DNA of 56,441 bases from Pseudomonadota bacterium (GCA_043798555.1 JAZDOO010000406.1:1-56441); one strand, 5' to 3'. Positions 1-9,359 are shown, counted from the stretch's first letter. The notes: generated by a model from the letters alone, not told the origin. Program-made: numbers and translations.

Positions 1-255
1 CCTGGCAACTTCAGGTATTTCCCTTACGTAGGTCGAGAGGACATCCTGATGGGAAATAAGCATTAAAAGCGGCTGAGTAAAATCCCGCTTTTTAAGCGTA
101 TATATTTTTTTTATCGCCTCCCCGTTTAATGCATCAACTCCCAATCCGTAGAAGGTTTCAGTAGGATACGCCACTACCCCTCCGGCCTTGATGACTTGAA
201 CGGCTGGCGCTATTGATTCTCTCCAAGGTTTTTGGGGATCACTTCGAATGATCAC
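1..255 (-). CDS. tsaC: L-threonylcarbamoyladenylate synthase, YrdC/TsaC/Sua5 family (N-terminal part; continues beyond the left edge)
   Basis: Hand translation of the minus strand gives (V)IIRSDPQKPWRESIAPAVQVIKAGGVVAYPTETFYGLGVDALNGEAIKKIYTLKKRDFTQPLLMLISHQDVLSTYVREIPEVA. AYPTETxYGLG and K.R....PL are YrdC-domain hallmarks. It is absent from the ORF track because it has no stop in the window. The GTG start at 255 is a guess; it overlaps the GNAT 3' end by 17 nt. Confidence 0.6.
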   Translation of the reverse strand, partial: MIIRSDPQKPWRESIAPAVQVIKAGGVVAYPTETFYGLGVDALNGEAIKKIYTLKKRDFTQPLLMLISHQDVLSTYVREIPEVAR

Positions 256-805
256 TTGTTCCCAGCCCTTGCTTTCGGTCTGGCCTCCATTCGGTTTCCA
301 GAATACTCATCAAATAAGTGCTCCAGTATTCATTATCAACCCTAACTGCTTCCCGAAGCAGTCCTTCTTTGATAAACCCCATCTTTTCATAGCAACCAAT
401 GGCACTTTTGTTAAAATCAAATACATAGAGATCGATGCGATGTAATTTTAGCTGTTGAAAAGCTATTTGCAGCATTTTATATACCATCTTGCTCCCAATA
501 CCCCTTCCTCGTAATCCAGGATTACCAATGAGAATCGGGCCTAAATGGCCAGACCGGTGCTCAGAGTTAATAATGTGAAAACTGATTTGACCTACCATGC
601 TATTATCTTTTCGGCATACCGCTTTAAAAGCCAATCTTTTAGGCGGGTGTCCAGCACATCCCTGCAGATACCTCTCAAATTGCTCTCCATCCAAAGGATA
701 TCTAAAAATAGTCCCGCACCACTGGACGTGAAATTTTTTGGTAGGAATCCACATAGCCAGTTGGTTAAAATCTTCTTTTTCTAAAGGCTTTAATAGTATC
801 TCCAT
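239..805 (-). CDS. GNAT family N-acetyltransferase
   Basis: ORF 239..862. The acetyl-CoA-binding core LRGRGIGSKMVYKMLQIAF and NKSAIGCYEKMGFIKEG are typical of RimJ/RimL-like GNATs. The track start at 862 is TTG. The first ATG (MEILLKPLEKEDF, 805) matches the usual GNAT N-terminus. Confidence 0.8.
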   Translation of the reverse strand: MEILLKPLEKEDFNQLAMWIPTKKFHVQWCGTIFRYPLDGEQFERYLQGCAGHPPKRLAFKAVCRKDNSMVGQISFHIINSEHRSGHLGPILIGNPGLRGRGIGSKMVYKMLQIAFQQLKLHRIDLYVFDFNKSAIGCYEKMGFIKEGLLREAVRVDNEYWSTYLMSILETEWRPDRKQGLGTSDHSK

Positions 806-892
806 CCCATTCCCAAACTTTTGCTTACACAAGATGGTGTCTTCAAGAGGAGGATGAGGCAATCACTCGTAAATATAAGGAGTTCTTAATGC

Positions 893-2110
893 CTATATTT
901 TCCTCACTGCAGCTTTTGCTCCGGTCTCCATCAAAAAGAGTGTGAGCACTACTATCCCGCCAAGGATCAACGCAGTAACCAGAAAGCCGGTACTATACGC
1001 AGCCGGTGTCCCGGCTGCCACCAAGGGAGAGGTAATGAGGAGGGGTATAAAAAATCCTCCGGCGTTCAATAGGGTAGCTACCAGTCCTGATGCACCACCC
1101 ATACATTCGGGACCAATCTCAGGAATCTCCACCAGAATGGTAAATAATACCGGCTGGATACTTCCAAAAACAATACCGCCAATAAATATGAGGGTCCAGG
1201 TAGCAGCACCTGGTGCGAAATACCAGGCAAAGAAGAAGCATACTGCCGAGACCACTGCCCCGATATGGACAAAAGGCTTTCTCCATCCTATCCGGTCAGA
1301 CAACATGGGAAGGAAAAAGTTCCCGATCACCAGCCCCCAGGTAAGCAGTGATGAGATAGCCCCTGCAGTTTTTGGACTTACCTGATGGACATTTTGTAAC
1401 GCTGTCGGAAAGTTGCCTGAGAAACCAACGAATGCCCCCAAATAGAGGCATTGTCCCATAGCTATCAGCCAGACATTCTTACTCCTTATTCCTCTCGTGA
1501 TGCCAGTAACAAGATGTGGCATATGTATTTCCACACCTATGGGAGTATTTTTTGCAAAGAGTGTCCATAAAATAGCTGCCCCCAACATAATGATGCCGCT
1601 AGTAATGAAAGCAGGTTTCCATTCTCCGAAGAGAGGCCCCGTGAGTAATCCGAGGGCAGCTCCGATGTTCAAACCGGTCATATAAATACCGGAGGCGAGA
1701 CCGGCCTGTTTAGGGGGGAACCAGATTCCCACTAACTTGGGGAGGTTAGGCATGACAATCCCATAGGCAATCCCGAACAGGCACATAAGAAAAAACATCC
1801 CCTGGAAGCTCGGGGTAAAAACCCTGGTAATGCCAGTCAACCCTGCCAGAAAGGCAGCTACTGCAACTATTAACCGAATGCCGAAACGGTCACCTAAAGC
1901 TCCGCCGATAATAGGAGTCAAAACACCTATTAAAAATGGCGCGGTTAAAATGAGGGTGAACTGTGCATGGGTAAGCTTGAGCTCGGGAAAGAGACGATAA
2001 GCCAGCGAGGGGATCAAAAACCAGGACCAGACCAGACATACAAGTACGAGCCACGCCAATCCTAGAATCATCCAGCGATATTCCGGATATCTTTCCTTTT
2101 CATTGATCAT
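893..2110 (-). CDS. MFS transporter
   Basis: 405 aa and hydrophobic throughout, with about 12 helices by eye. The loop 2-3 signature GGALGDRFGIR is present. Confidence 0.8.
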   Translation of the reverse strand: MINEKERYPEYRWMILGLAWLVLVCLVWSWFLIPSLAYRLFPELKLTHAQFTLILTAPFLIGVLTPIIGGALGDRFGIRLIVAVAAFLAGLTGITRVFTPSFQGMFFLMCLFGIAYGIVMPNLPKLVGIWFPPKQAGLASGIYMTGLNIGAALGLLTGPLFGEWKPAFITSGIIMLGAAILWTLFAKNTPIGVEIHMPHLVTGITRGIRSKNVWLIAMGQCLYLGAFVGFSGNFPTALQNVHQVSPKTAGAISSLLTWGLVIGNFFLPMLSDRIGWRKPFVHIGAVVSAVCFFFAWYFAPGAATWTLIFIGGIVFGSIQPVLFTILVEIPEIGPECMGGASGLVATLLNAGGFFIPLLITSPLVAAGTPAAYSTGFLVTALILGGIVVLTLFLMETGAKAAVRKI

Positions 2111-2256
2111 TTCACACCTCCTCCTTTTAAATCTTGTTAAACGTAAGCAAAGCAGATTCCTCTGCTAAGTATATTTAACGTCTTGCTTCATTATTTTTCG
2201 TTGCGTTTAATCATTAATCACCCAGTGGGCTCACCCTGGAGGGAACCATGCTCTGA

Positions 2257-5085
2257 CTAAATCTGACGTGTCTCCAATCTTGCGAAGTCTCTTTTGAATT
2301 GGTCCGGTGTGAGCGGGAGCCTCGATGCTCTCACTCCACACGCGTTGGCGACTGCATTTACGATTGCCGCTGCCGGACCAACTGCAGGTACCTCTCCAAT
2401 CCCTTTAGCGCCGAATGGACCATCCGGATATTGGTCCTCAATGATGAGATTAACGATCTCTGGAAGGTCAGTTGTTCTCGGTAGTTTGTAGTGTGACCAT
2501 TTATGGGTAACCCCTGGTTTAAATTCTTCTTTTAGGGCAAAGCCTAATGCCATTATCAACCCTCCTTCTATCTGTCCTTCTAAGGTAAGAGGATTGATAG
2601 CCCTCCCTACATCGTGCGCCGCAACTAACTTTACGATCTTCACCAAGCCTGAGTCCATGTCAACTTCCACCTGAGCAAGATGTGAGGCGAACGCATACAC
2701 GAGATGTGGTTTACCTTTGCCAGTCTTGTCGATTGGCTGGATGTCCGGTTTAAAGGAGCCAAAATATTCTACCGGAATTCCTTTTCGCATGCATAAATCA
2801 TAAAAATAGCAAAGATACTCTCTCCATGATGACTTCTGATTCTCACCTCTGAACGCAAGCGATTCCAAAGCCTTCTTGAGAGAATTTGCTGCTTCCTGGG
2901 TAGCGCGCCCGGAAAATAGTGTCTGTCTACTTGCCTCAGTAGGTCCAGCATTGGGAGTGAGATGCGTATCGGGAGTAAGGACCCGAAAAAATTCGATGGG
3001 AATTTCGAGTGTTTCAGCCGCAATTTGTGTGAGAGTGGAATAAACACCCTGCCCCATATCCGCTGCCCCGCTTAAAAGCTCAATCCAGCCATCAGGAGTG
3101 AGTCGGATACCAATCCGGGATGGATTTTTCCAGCCCGCTTCTCCAATCCCGAAAAATATCGTTGCTAATCCCACTCCACGTTTACTATATGACGAAATTA
3201 GTCGATTTTCTGAGTCACCTGCCCAAGAAACTGCCTGGCGATAATAGGGCTCAATCGCCCTTAACGTTTCCTCTGCCCCCACACTTGCTTCAAGCTTCTG
3301 GCCGGTAGCGGTAAGTGAACCCTTACGAAATATATTGATCCGACGGAGATCAAAGGGATCAATCCTGAGCTTGTTTGCCAGCATATCCATTTGAGATTCC
3401 ACAGCAAAGGAGACCTGGGGCGCACCGAAACCGCGCATGGCTCCGGCAGGAGCCGTATTGGTATAGACACAGCTTCCTCTAACAAGTACATGGGGAATCT
3501 CATAGGGACCAGTGGCATGAATATGAGCCCGTTCGAGAACAGCTTTTCCGTAGGAAGCATACGCCCCGGTATTGGCTATAAGTTCCGCCTCCAGGGCAGT
3601 AAGTTTCCCATTTTTGGTTGCGCCCGTTTTGAACGTGAGTTTAAATGGATGACGCTTTTCCGTGGAAATAAGGGACTCGGAAGCCCTATAAACGAGCTTA
3701 GCCGGTCTCCCGAGTTTAAGAACCGCTAAGGCAAGAATTGCCGCCACATGGTGATTCATTTTCCCTCCAAAGCTTCCCCCCGTAGGCGCCTGAATAACCC
3801 TCACCTTCTCCGGCTCAAGACCCAGGGCGGCGGCAACCTGAGCCTGATTTTCGTGGGGGTTTTGGGTAGAAAGCCGGATGACTATACGACCTTCGTTATC
3901 CCTCCAGGCAACGCCAGCTTCAGGTTCCAGATAACCGTGGGCATTGAACGGTGTTTCATAGGAATATTCTACCATGACATCCGCTTGAGCAAATCCTTCC
4001 TGAATATTACCTTTTTGTATCTGCATGCCGGAAAGCAGGTTGGTATTTCCGTGAAGTTTAGGGCTTTGTGGCTGCAGCGCCTCCACCGGGTCAAACACGG
4101 AGTTGAGCTCTTGATAGTTAAGCGCAACCTTCAAGGCGGCCTTCTCTGCTGTTTCCAGAGTTTCGGCTGCTACCACTGCAACTGCCTCGCCAAAATACCT
4201 GACCTTTTCGTCAGCAAGTACCGGCTGATCTCGCAGGATCGGTCCAATGCGATTTGAACCCTCAATATCCTTGGCGGTAAACACTGCCAGCACGCCAGGA
4301 AAAAAAAGCGCCTCCTTTGGGTCAATGTCTAAGATCAACGCATGACTTTTATCACTCCTCACCACCTTAAGGTGCACACATTTTGCAGGGGTTATATCGG
4401 CCGCGAATTTGGTTAACCCCAGGGCTTTTTCCCAGGCCCCTAAAGGCATCACCCTGGTACCAATCTGACTCCCGCTTGGGGGCTTCGTTTCCGCGCGGTC
4501 TACAGTCAAAAAAGAGACATAGTGCATTTCCTGGGCATAATCCCCACCAGCGGGTTTCACTGACGTGGTATGATGGCTGGGCATGGGAGCGGGCGAATGC
4601 TGGCGAATTTTTTCAGCCGCAGCCAGGACTGCCTCGGTGATTTTTTTGTACCCGGTGCACCGGCAAAGATTAGGGGCGAGGGTCTGGATTACTTCGGTAT
4701 GCGAAGGGTTTGCATGCTCATCTAAAAATGCCTTGGCCCTCATTATCATGCCCGGGGTACAGAAGCCACATTGAATAGCGCCAGCCTCAACAAATGCTTG
4801 CTGCAGGGGATGAGGAACATCTATGGAACCAACTCCTTCAATCGTAGTTACTTCCCGGCCCTCCACTTTGGATAGGGGAGTCGCACAGGACTTAATTGGT
4901 TTTCCCTCAAGGAGAACCGTGCAGGTGCCGCAAACCCCTTCACTGCATCCCTCTTTCGTGCCAGTAAGTTCGAGGTCATTACGGAGAGCATCGATAAGTC
5001 GTTTTTGCGGATCACAGACAACGGTCACCGGTGTCCGGTTAACCGAAAAGGATAGAGCGCCTGGGGCCTGAGCATCCTTGGCCAT
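2257..5085 (-). CDS. Xanthine-dehydrogenase-family molybdoenzyme with fused N-terminal double [2Fe-2S] domain (aldehyde oxidoreductase / Mop-like architecture)
   Basis: 942 aa. The N-terminus carries CSEGVCGTCTV, CGFCTPGM and CRCTGY (two [2Fe-2S] motifs). The rest is an aldehyde oxidase/xanthine dehydrogenase MoCo domain (APTGGSFGGK, GEVPAVGPAAAIVNAV). No FAD subunit gene lies adjacent. Confidence 0.85.
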   Translation of the reverse strand: MAKDAQAPGALSFSVNRTPVTVVCDPQKRLIDALRNDLELTGTKEGCSEGVCGTCTVLLEGKPIKSCATPLSKVEGREVTTIEGVGSIDVPHPLQQAFVEAGAIQCGFCTPGMIMRAKAFLDEHANPSHTEVIQTLAPNLCRCTGYKKITEAVLAAAEKIRQHSPAPMPSHHTTSVKPAGGDYAQEMHYVSFLTVDRAETKPPSGSQIGTRVMPLGAWEKALGLTKFAADITPAKCVHLKVVRSDKSHALILDIDPKEALFFPGVLAVFTAKDIEGSNRIGPILRDQPVLADEKVRYFGEAVAVVAAETLETAEKAALKVALNYQELNSVFDPVEALQPQSPKLHGNTNLLSGMQIQKGNIQEGFAQADVMVEYSYETPFNAHGYLEPEAGVAWRDNEGRIVIRLSTQNPHENQAQVAAALGLEPEKVRVIQAPTGGSFGGKMNHHVAAILALAVLKLGRPAKLVYRASESLISTEKRHPFKLTFKTGATKNGKLTALEAELIANTGAYASYGKAVLERAHIHATGPYEIPHVLVRGSCVYTNTAPAGAMRGFGAPQVSFAVESQMDMLANKLRIDPFDLRRINIFRKGSLTATGQKLEASVGAEETLRAIEPYYRQAVSWAGDSENRLISSYSKRGVGLATIFFGIGEAGWKNPSRIGIRLTPDGWIELLSGAADMGQGVYSTLTQIAAETLEIPIEFFRVLTPDTHLTPNAGPTEASRQTLFSGRATQEAANSLKKALESLAFRGENQKSSWREYLCYFYDLCMRKGIPVEYFGSFKPDIQPIDKTGKGKPHLVYAFASHLAQVEVDMDSGLVKIVKLVAAHDVGRAINPLTLEGQIEGGLIMALGFALKEEFKPGVTHKWSHYKLPRTTDLPEIVNLIIEDQYPDGPFGAKGIGEVPAVGPAAAIVNAVANACGVRASRLPLTPDQFKRDFARLETRQI

Positions 5086-5112
5086 GAGATTACCTCCTCA
5101 TTATTGGTTACA

Positions 5113-5565
5113 TTATTGAGGCATCTGGATCAACTCCAGAGGGTGGCCTTCAGGATCCTGGAAGTAAAGCACCTTTGTGCCGGCGAAAATGGGGTGGTCT
5201 TTGGGCACCGTCTGAGGCCCGCCTTTAGAGATAATTCTTACCCCTTTTGCTTTGAGCCTGGCATAGTCTCGTTCCATGTCATCGGTTTGAAAAGCCAGAT
5301 GAACACCAAAAAGGTCATTACTTTTATAATCATCCGGGTAGCCTCTTCCCATCGGGCGATATTCGAGTAATTCGATTTGCATCCCCCCCCGTTCCATGAC
5401 CACGATTCTTTCGTTTTCCACGGGAAAATTGACAATATTATTCGTTTCCGTCCCGCTCACCGTGGTATCCAGAACTACCTGGAAGCCAAAGGTATCCCCG
5501 TAAAAAGCAATCATTTTTTCCATATCGTTTACCACTATGCCCGTGTGGCCTAAACTGGTAATCAT
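5113..5565 (-). CDS. VOC (glyoxalase/bleomycin-resistance/dioxygenase) family protein
   Basis: Motifs LGHTGIVVNDMEKMIAFY and GVHLAFQTDDMERDY, with a C-terminal FQDPEGHPLELIQ. I moved the start to the ATG at 5565 because AAGGAGG lies 7 nt upstream. The longer track ORF would overlap the RidA gene. Confidence 0.8.
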   Translation of the reverse strand: MITSLGHTGIVVNDMEKMIAFYGDTFGFQVVLDTTVSGTETNNIVNFPVENERIVVMERGGMQIELLEYRPMGRGYPDDYKSNDLFGVHLAFQTDDMERDYARLKAKGVRIISKGGPQTVPKDHPIFAGTKVLYFQDPEGHPLELIQMPQ

Positions 5566-5593
5566 TTTTAACCCCTCCTTTGCTATTGTTGTT

Positions 5594-5983
5594 TTATACC
5601 ACCGCAATCGCCTCCACTTCAATCATCATTCCCGGGAGTGCTAAGGAACTTACCTGTACCGCGGTCTGAGCCGGCATCCTGCCTTTAAAGAATTCCGCCT
5701 GCACGGCGCCATAATCCAGGAGGTTTCCCATGTCCACAAGATACACTCCCAGCTTCACAATATTTTCAAGGGAAGCACCCGCTTGCTCAAGTACGGTTTT
5801 GAGGTTCTCAAAGGTGAGCCGGGCTTGCGCCTGAAAATCTCCCGCATGCATGACCTCGCCTTCCGCCGAAATGCCCGCCTGCCCGGAAATGAAAATAATT
5901 GACTGAGCGCCATCGACTTTCCAGGCTTGAGAAAATCCGAAATTATCTTGCCAAAGCCAGGGATTAATTTGGGTCTTATTCAT
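5594..5983 (-). CDS. RidA/YjgF/endoribonuclease L-PSP family protein
   Basis: 129 aa. FISGQAG, ARLTFENLKTVLEQAGASLENIVKLGVYL and the C-terminal IEVEAIAVV are typical of the RidA fold family. Confidence 0.8.
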   Translation of the reverse strand: MNKTQINPWLWQDNFGFSQAWKVDGAQSIIFISGQAGISAEGEVMHAGDFQAQARLTFENLKTVLEQAGASLENIVKLGVYLVDMGNLLDYGAVQAEFFKGRMPAQTAVQVSSLALPGMMIEVEAIAVV

Positions 5984-6203
5984 AGCGTCCTCCTCCTATG
6001 GTCTAATTGCGAAAAGATAGAAAGATGTAACAATTTCCTGGATTTACCCCAATGATATGATAAATTTATCTAATAGTCAATCAATTAAGAACCATTTCTT
6101 TTTACCTTATTTGCCTCTTGCATTGCCCATTTTTTTAGGCTAAAGTTGTTAAGGACCAGAAATAAATTACCGGAGAAAACAAAAACAAGGAGGAGGACGG
6201 ATT

Positions 6204-7781
6204 ATGGAAAAAGATGCAGATGTAATCATCATTGGAGCAGGGCATAATAGCCTCACCGCCGCCTTATATCTTCAAAAGGCTGGGCATAAAGTGCTCATTA
6301 TTGAGCTATCGCAGGTCCCTGGGGGAGCAGCCAAGACCGGAGAAATTCTTGAACCGGGATTTAAACACGACATTTATGCCACCAACATTGGCCAGTTTTT
6401 GGGTTCCCGCGTGTATGCTGATTTCAAGGATAAGTTTCACCAAAACGGTTTTGACATCATAGCGGTCAATCAGCCTTTCTCCAACGTTTTTCCCGATAAA
6501 AAATGTATCCGGGTATATACTGACCCTGCTAAGACATATCAGGAATTCAAGCGGTTTTCTTCCCGCGATGCGGAAGCCTGGAATGAAATGGTTGCCTATT
6601 TCAAGAAAGTTGCCCCTTACATGTTTCCGATACTGCAGTTGCCGATCCCTTCGATGCAGATGCTCCGTCACTTCTGGAAAATATACCGGGGACTAGGTGT
6701 GCACGAGATGCTCGATTTAGTCCGGATCCTATTGATGCCCACGCGGTATTTTCTTAATGAACGGTTTGAAAGTGAGGAGCCAAAAGCGCTCATTGCGCCA
6801 TGGGCATTTCACCTGGGGTTAAGCCCTGACCTTGCTGGCGGAGCAACTTTTTCTTTCCTTGAATCAGCGGCTGACCACCTTAATGGCCTTGCCTTATCAA
6901 AAGGCGGTACCGGAAAGCTCATCGAGGCCATGGTGAAAGTAATCAAGGAAGGGGGTGGCGAGCTCTTATTAGGACAAGCGGTAACTGAAATCGTGGTTAA
7001 AAACGGTATGGCGGTTGGGGTGAAGACTGCCAACGGACAAACCTATCAGGCAAAAAAGGCAGTGTTAGCCAATGTTACGCCCCATCAGTTCATCACCCTG
7101 GTAAAGGAAAAGGAGCTTCCGGGAAATTTCGTCACCCGGTGCAGAAACTTCCAGTTTGGGCCAGGGACACTCATGATCCATCTCACCCTGGATAAGCCTT
7201 TGGTTTGGGAAGCTGCCGAAGATCTCACCGATTCAGCGTATGTCCACGTTGCCCCTTACATGTCAGATATCGCTGCCACCTACAACCAGATTGTGGAGGG
7301 GCTGCTTCCCGGGAGTCCTATGCTCTGTATAGCCCAGCAGTCTCGTCACGACCCGGAAAGGGCTCCGGAAGGAAAACACGTGTTATGGGTCCAGGTGCGG
7401 GCTTTTCCGAGACGTCCGAGAGGCGACGCCTTAGGTCAGATAAAAACCGGGAACTGGGAGGAAATGAAAGAGCCGATTTGTGATCGAATCATCAACAAAA
7501 TCACGCACTATGCACCCAGCATCAGGAGCATTATCAGGAAGGCAGTTGTTCACACGCCCCAGGACCTTGAAGATGACGACCCTAATCTCTATGGTGGTGA
7601 TATGGTGGGTGGCCACCACCAGATGCACCAGTTTTTCTTCTTTCGACCAGTGCCCGGGTGGTCAAGGTATAAGACTCCCATAAAACGTCTGTATTTGACT
7701 GGCCAATCAACCTGGCCAGGCTGCGGCATGAATGCTGCCTCGGGCCATCTGGCAGCCATGCAAATGCTGAAAGATTTATAA
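6204..7781 (+). CDS. FAD/NAD(P)-dependent oxidoreductase, phytoene-desaturase (CrtI/CrtD)-like
   Basis: The N-terminal Rossmann motif is DVIIIGAGHNSLTAALYLQKAGHKVLIIE. Length is 525 aa, and the C-terminal LYLTGQSTWPGCGMNAASG is typical of the CrtI-like amine-oxidase fold. RBS AAGGAGGAGG precedes the ATG. Confidence 0.75.
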   Translation: MEKDADVIIIGAGHNSLTAALYLQKAGHKVLIIELSQVPGGAAKTGEILEPGFKHDIYATNIGQFLGSRVYADFKDKFHQNGFDIIAVNQPFSNVFPDKKCIRVYTDPAKTYQEFKRFSSRDAEAWNEMVAYFKKVAPYMFPILQLPIPSMQMLRHFWKIYRGLGVHEMLDLVRILLMPTRYFLNERFESEEPKALIAPWAFHLGLSPDLAGGATFSFLESAADHLNGLALSKGGTGKLIEAMVKVIKEGGGELLLGQAVTEIVVKNGMAVGVKTANGQTYQAKKAVLANVTPHQFITLVKEKELPGNFVTRCRNFQFGPGTLMIHLTLDKPLVWEAAEDLTDSAYVHVAPYMSDIAATYNQIVEGLLPGSPMLCIAQQSRHDPERAPEGKHVLWVQVRAFPRRPRGDALGQIKTGNWEEMKEPICDRIINKITHYAPSIRSIIRKAVVHTPQDLEDDDPNLYGGDMVGGHHQMHQFFFFRPVPGWSRYKTPIKRLYLTGQSTWPGCGMNAASGHLAAMQMLKDL

Positions 7782-7800
7782 ACCAGATCTGGAGAGCTAT

Positions 7801-8075
7801 TTAATCTATAGAAGTGGCATTGCGAATCGCGGTGCGGTGAAGGGTATCGAAATCCTTGAAGGGGATACTTTCGTCTTTCTCCTTCAGCTTTGCAGCGTCC
7901 GTCGGAGAATGGCGGAAAGCCGGGGGGGGGCAAAACGCCACTTCCGCCTCTTTTGGGGTAATGGTCTTCTTCAAAACCTCTAAAAACTCATCACTCTGGG
8001 GATACCCCAGATTTCTACCTTTCCTAAGTGCTTCATGAGCTTTAGATAAACTTCAGTTTCCGCTTATCTCTCCAT
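7801..8075 (-). pseudogene. Decayed, internally deleted paralogue of the Cys-rich ferredoxin-domain gene at 8126..9238
   Basis: Hand translation gives MER*AETEVYLKLMKHLGKVEIWGIP, then, after a 1-nt shift in the G4 run at 7998..8001, QSDEFLEVLKKTITPKEAEVAFCPPPAFRHSPTDAAKLKEKDESIPFKDFDTLHRTAIRNATSID*. The first part aligns to residues about 6-45 of the neighbour (YHNLMKHLGNVGIGYPQMGKDDFIKVLRKKITPEEAEIA). The last part aligns to its C-terminus (HCPTGAAKVKEKDESVPFPDFTTLHHTAL). The junction sits at a G9 run (7922..7930). Confidence 0.7.
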
Positions 8076-8125
8076 GTATTTGGCAAGGATAACGATAGAA
8101 AGCTGTCTACTTATTTAAAGGTAGT

Positions 8126-9238
8126 TCAGCCTTCTTTTCCTTTACCCACATCCTGAAGAGCAGTATGGTGCAACGTAGTAAAATCGGGGAAAGGAACACT
8201 TTCATCTTTTTCCTTCACCTTAGCCGCGCCAGTCGGGCAATGAAGAAGGCACACTCCACATCCTATGCAAATACTCTCATCTACGACTGGTTTATCATCT
8301 TTAATGGTGATGATTTCGAGCGGACAATCATCAGCACATTGCCCGCAGCCAGTGCATGCTTCCTCATCAGTTGTCCTAAGGTAATATGTGGCCATCATGG
8401 AATCCCGAGGAACTAAGCGATTTTTGATAGGCATGGTAAAACAACAACAGCAAGAGCAACAATTGCAGTTGTGCTGAATTTCACCTTGACAATTATCCAC
8501 AAAATGGATTAACCCTTCTTCCTCTGCTTTTCTTGTGATCTCGAGAGCCTCCTCTCTTGAAATCTCTCGGCCTAATCCATGCTCTAAGGCATAATCGGCC
8601 ATCTTGTTAAACTTGATACAATTTTCTAAGGAGTGTTTACATTTTGTATCAAAAAAAAGCTTTCCCGCCATTCGACAAGGACAATGACAAACAGCAATCC
8701 TTCTTGCCCTCTGTATTACCTCCTTCATCATGTCATAGCTATAGACCGCTGTCACAGATCGGTCTACAGCCAGATTAACGGGAACATAGCGAAACAAACG
8801 TACATTTTTCGTGTTTTGGGCATCCCACCCTCCTTCTTTGAGGTACTTGTACATGGGCCGGGCTATCTCTTCCTTGACGTGATCATCAGGTTCCCCCTTC
8901 CACATGAAAAGCTGGGGGATTCCAAACCCTATTTGGATAAAGGCGTAACCGGTTTTGCCTAAGGCTGTTTTTTGTTTGAAAAGAAACCCCTTCTTGGCCA
9001 GCCCCGCCAGAATTTCTTCAACTTTATCCGCTGGTTTTCCAATCCGGCGGGCAATTACCTCTACCTCCTCCACTTCAAAGGGTGGCAAACGGGTCGGAAG
9101 ACCAAGCGCTATTTCGGCTTCCTCTGGTGTGATCTTTTTCCTCAGAACTTTTATAAAATCATCTTTACCCATCTGAGGATATCCTATTCCTACGTTTCCT
9201 AAATGTTTCATGAGATTGTGATAAATATCCTGTCCCAT
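8126..9238 (-). CDS. Cys-rich iron-sulfur protein with C-terminal 2x[4Fe-4S] ferredoxin domain
   Basis: 370 aa. The C-terminus has CTGCGQCADDCP and CIGCGVCLLHCP (a dicluster ferredoxin). Upstream are CHCPCR...C...C and the run CNCCSCCCC (8441..8467). The N-terminal 90 aa looks like a small helical or winged-helix module (KKITPEEAEIAL...LAGLAKKGFLF). RBS GAGGAGG. Confidence 0.7.
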   Translation of the reverse strand: MGQDIYHNLMKHLGNVGIGYPQMGKDDFIKVLRKKITPEEAEIALGLPTRLPPFEVEEVEVIARRIGKPADKVEEILAGLAKKGFLFKQKTALGKTGYAFIQIGFGIPQLFMWKGEPDDHVKEEIARPMYKYLKEGGWDAQNTKNVRLFRYVPVNLAVDRSVTAVYSYDMMKEVIQRARRIAVCHCPCRMAGKLFFDTKCKHSLENCIKFNKMADYALEHGLGREISREEALEITRKAEEEGLIHFVDNCQGEIQHNCNCCSCCCCFTMPIKNRLVPRDSMMATYYLRTTDEEACTGCGQCADDCPLEIITIKDDKPVVDESICIGCGVCLLHCPTGAAKVKEKDESVPFPDFTTLHHTALQDVGKGKEG

Positions 9239-9359
9239 AAAATCCTCCTCTCAATAAGTAAAATGATAAGAGACGTAAACAAGCTCCTAAGTGTCTCTGC
9301 GAGACCCTCTTTGGCCGGTCAGCAGAATAAAACCCCGAGCATATTGATTTGATGCCCTA

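Noticed and set aside
3748-4257. 169-aa plus-strand ORF inside the aldehyde-oxidoreductase gene. Similar antisense ORFs occur at 37150..37806, 32282..32821, 31655..32185 and 942..1385.
   Set aside because: All lie antisense within long CDSs that carry clear family motifs. Their translations are low-complexity with no recognisable domains. These are typical shadow ORFs.
5566-5622. N-terminal extension of the VOC protein (track ORF start at 5622). Similar long-ORF starts occur at 862, 23091, 26176, 32794, 36888, 40126 and 50250.
   Set aside because: In each case a downstream ATG has a much better Shine-Dalgarno sequence and a family-typical N-terminus. The extension would overlap the upstream gene or starts at a non-ATG codon.
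7589-7933. 114-aa minus-strand ORF spanning the 3' end of the flavoprotein gene and the relic
   Set aside because: It is antisense to a well-supported CDS for most of its length and out of frame with the homologous relic reading. It is an artefact of the G9 tract region.
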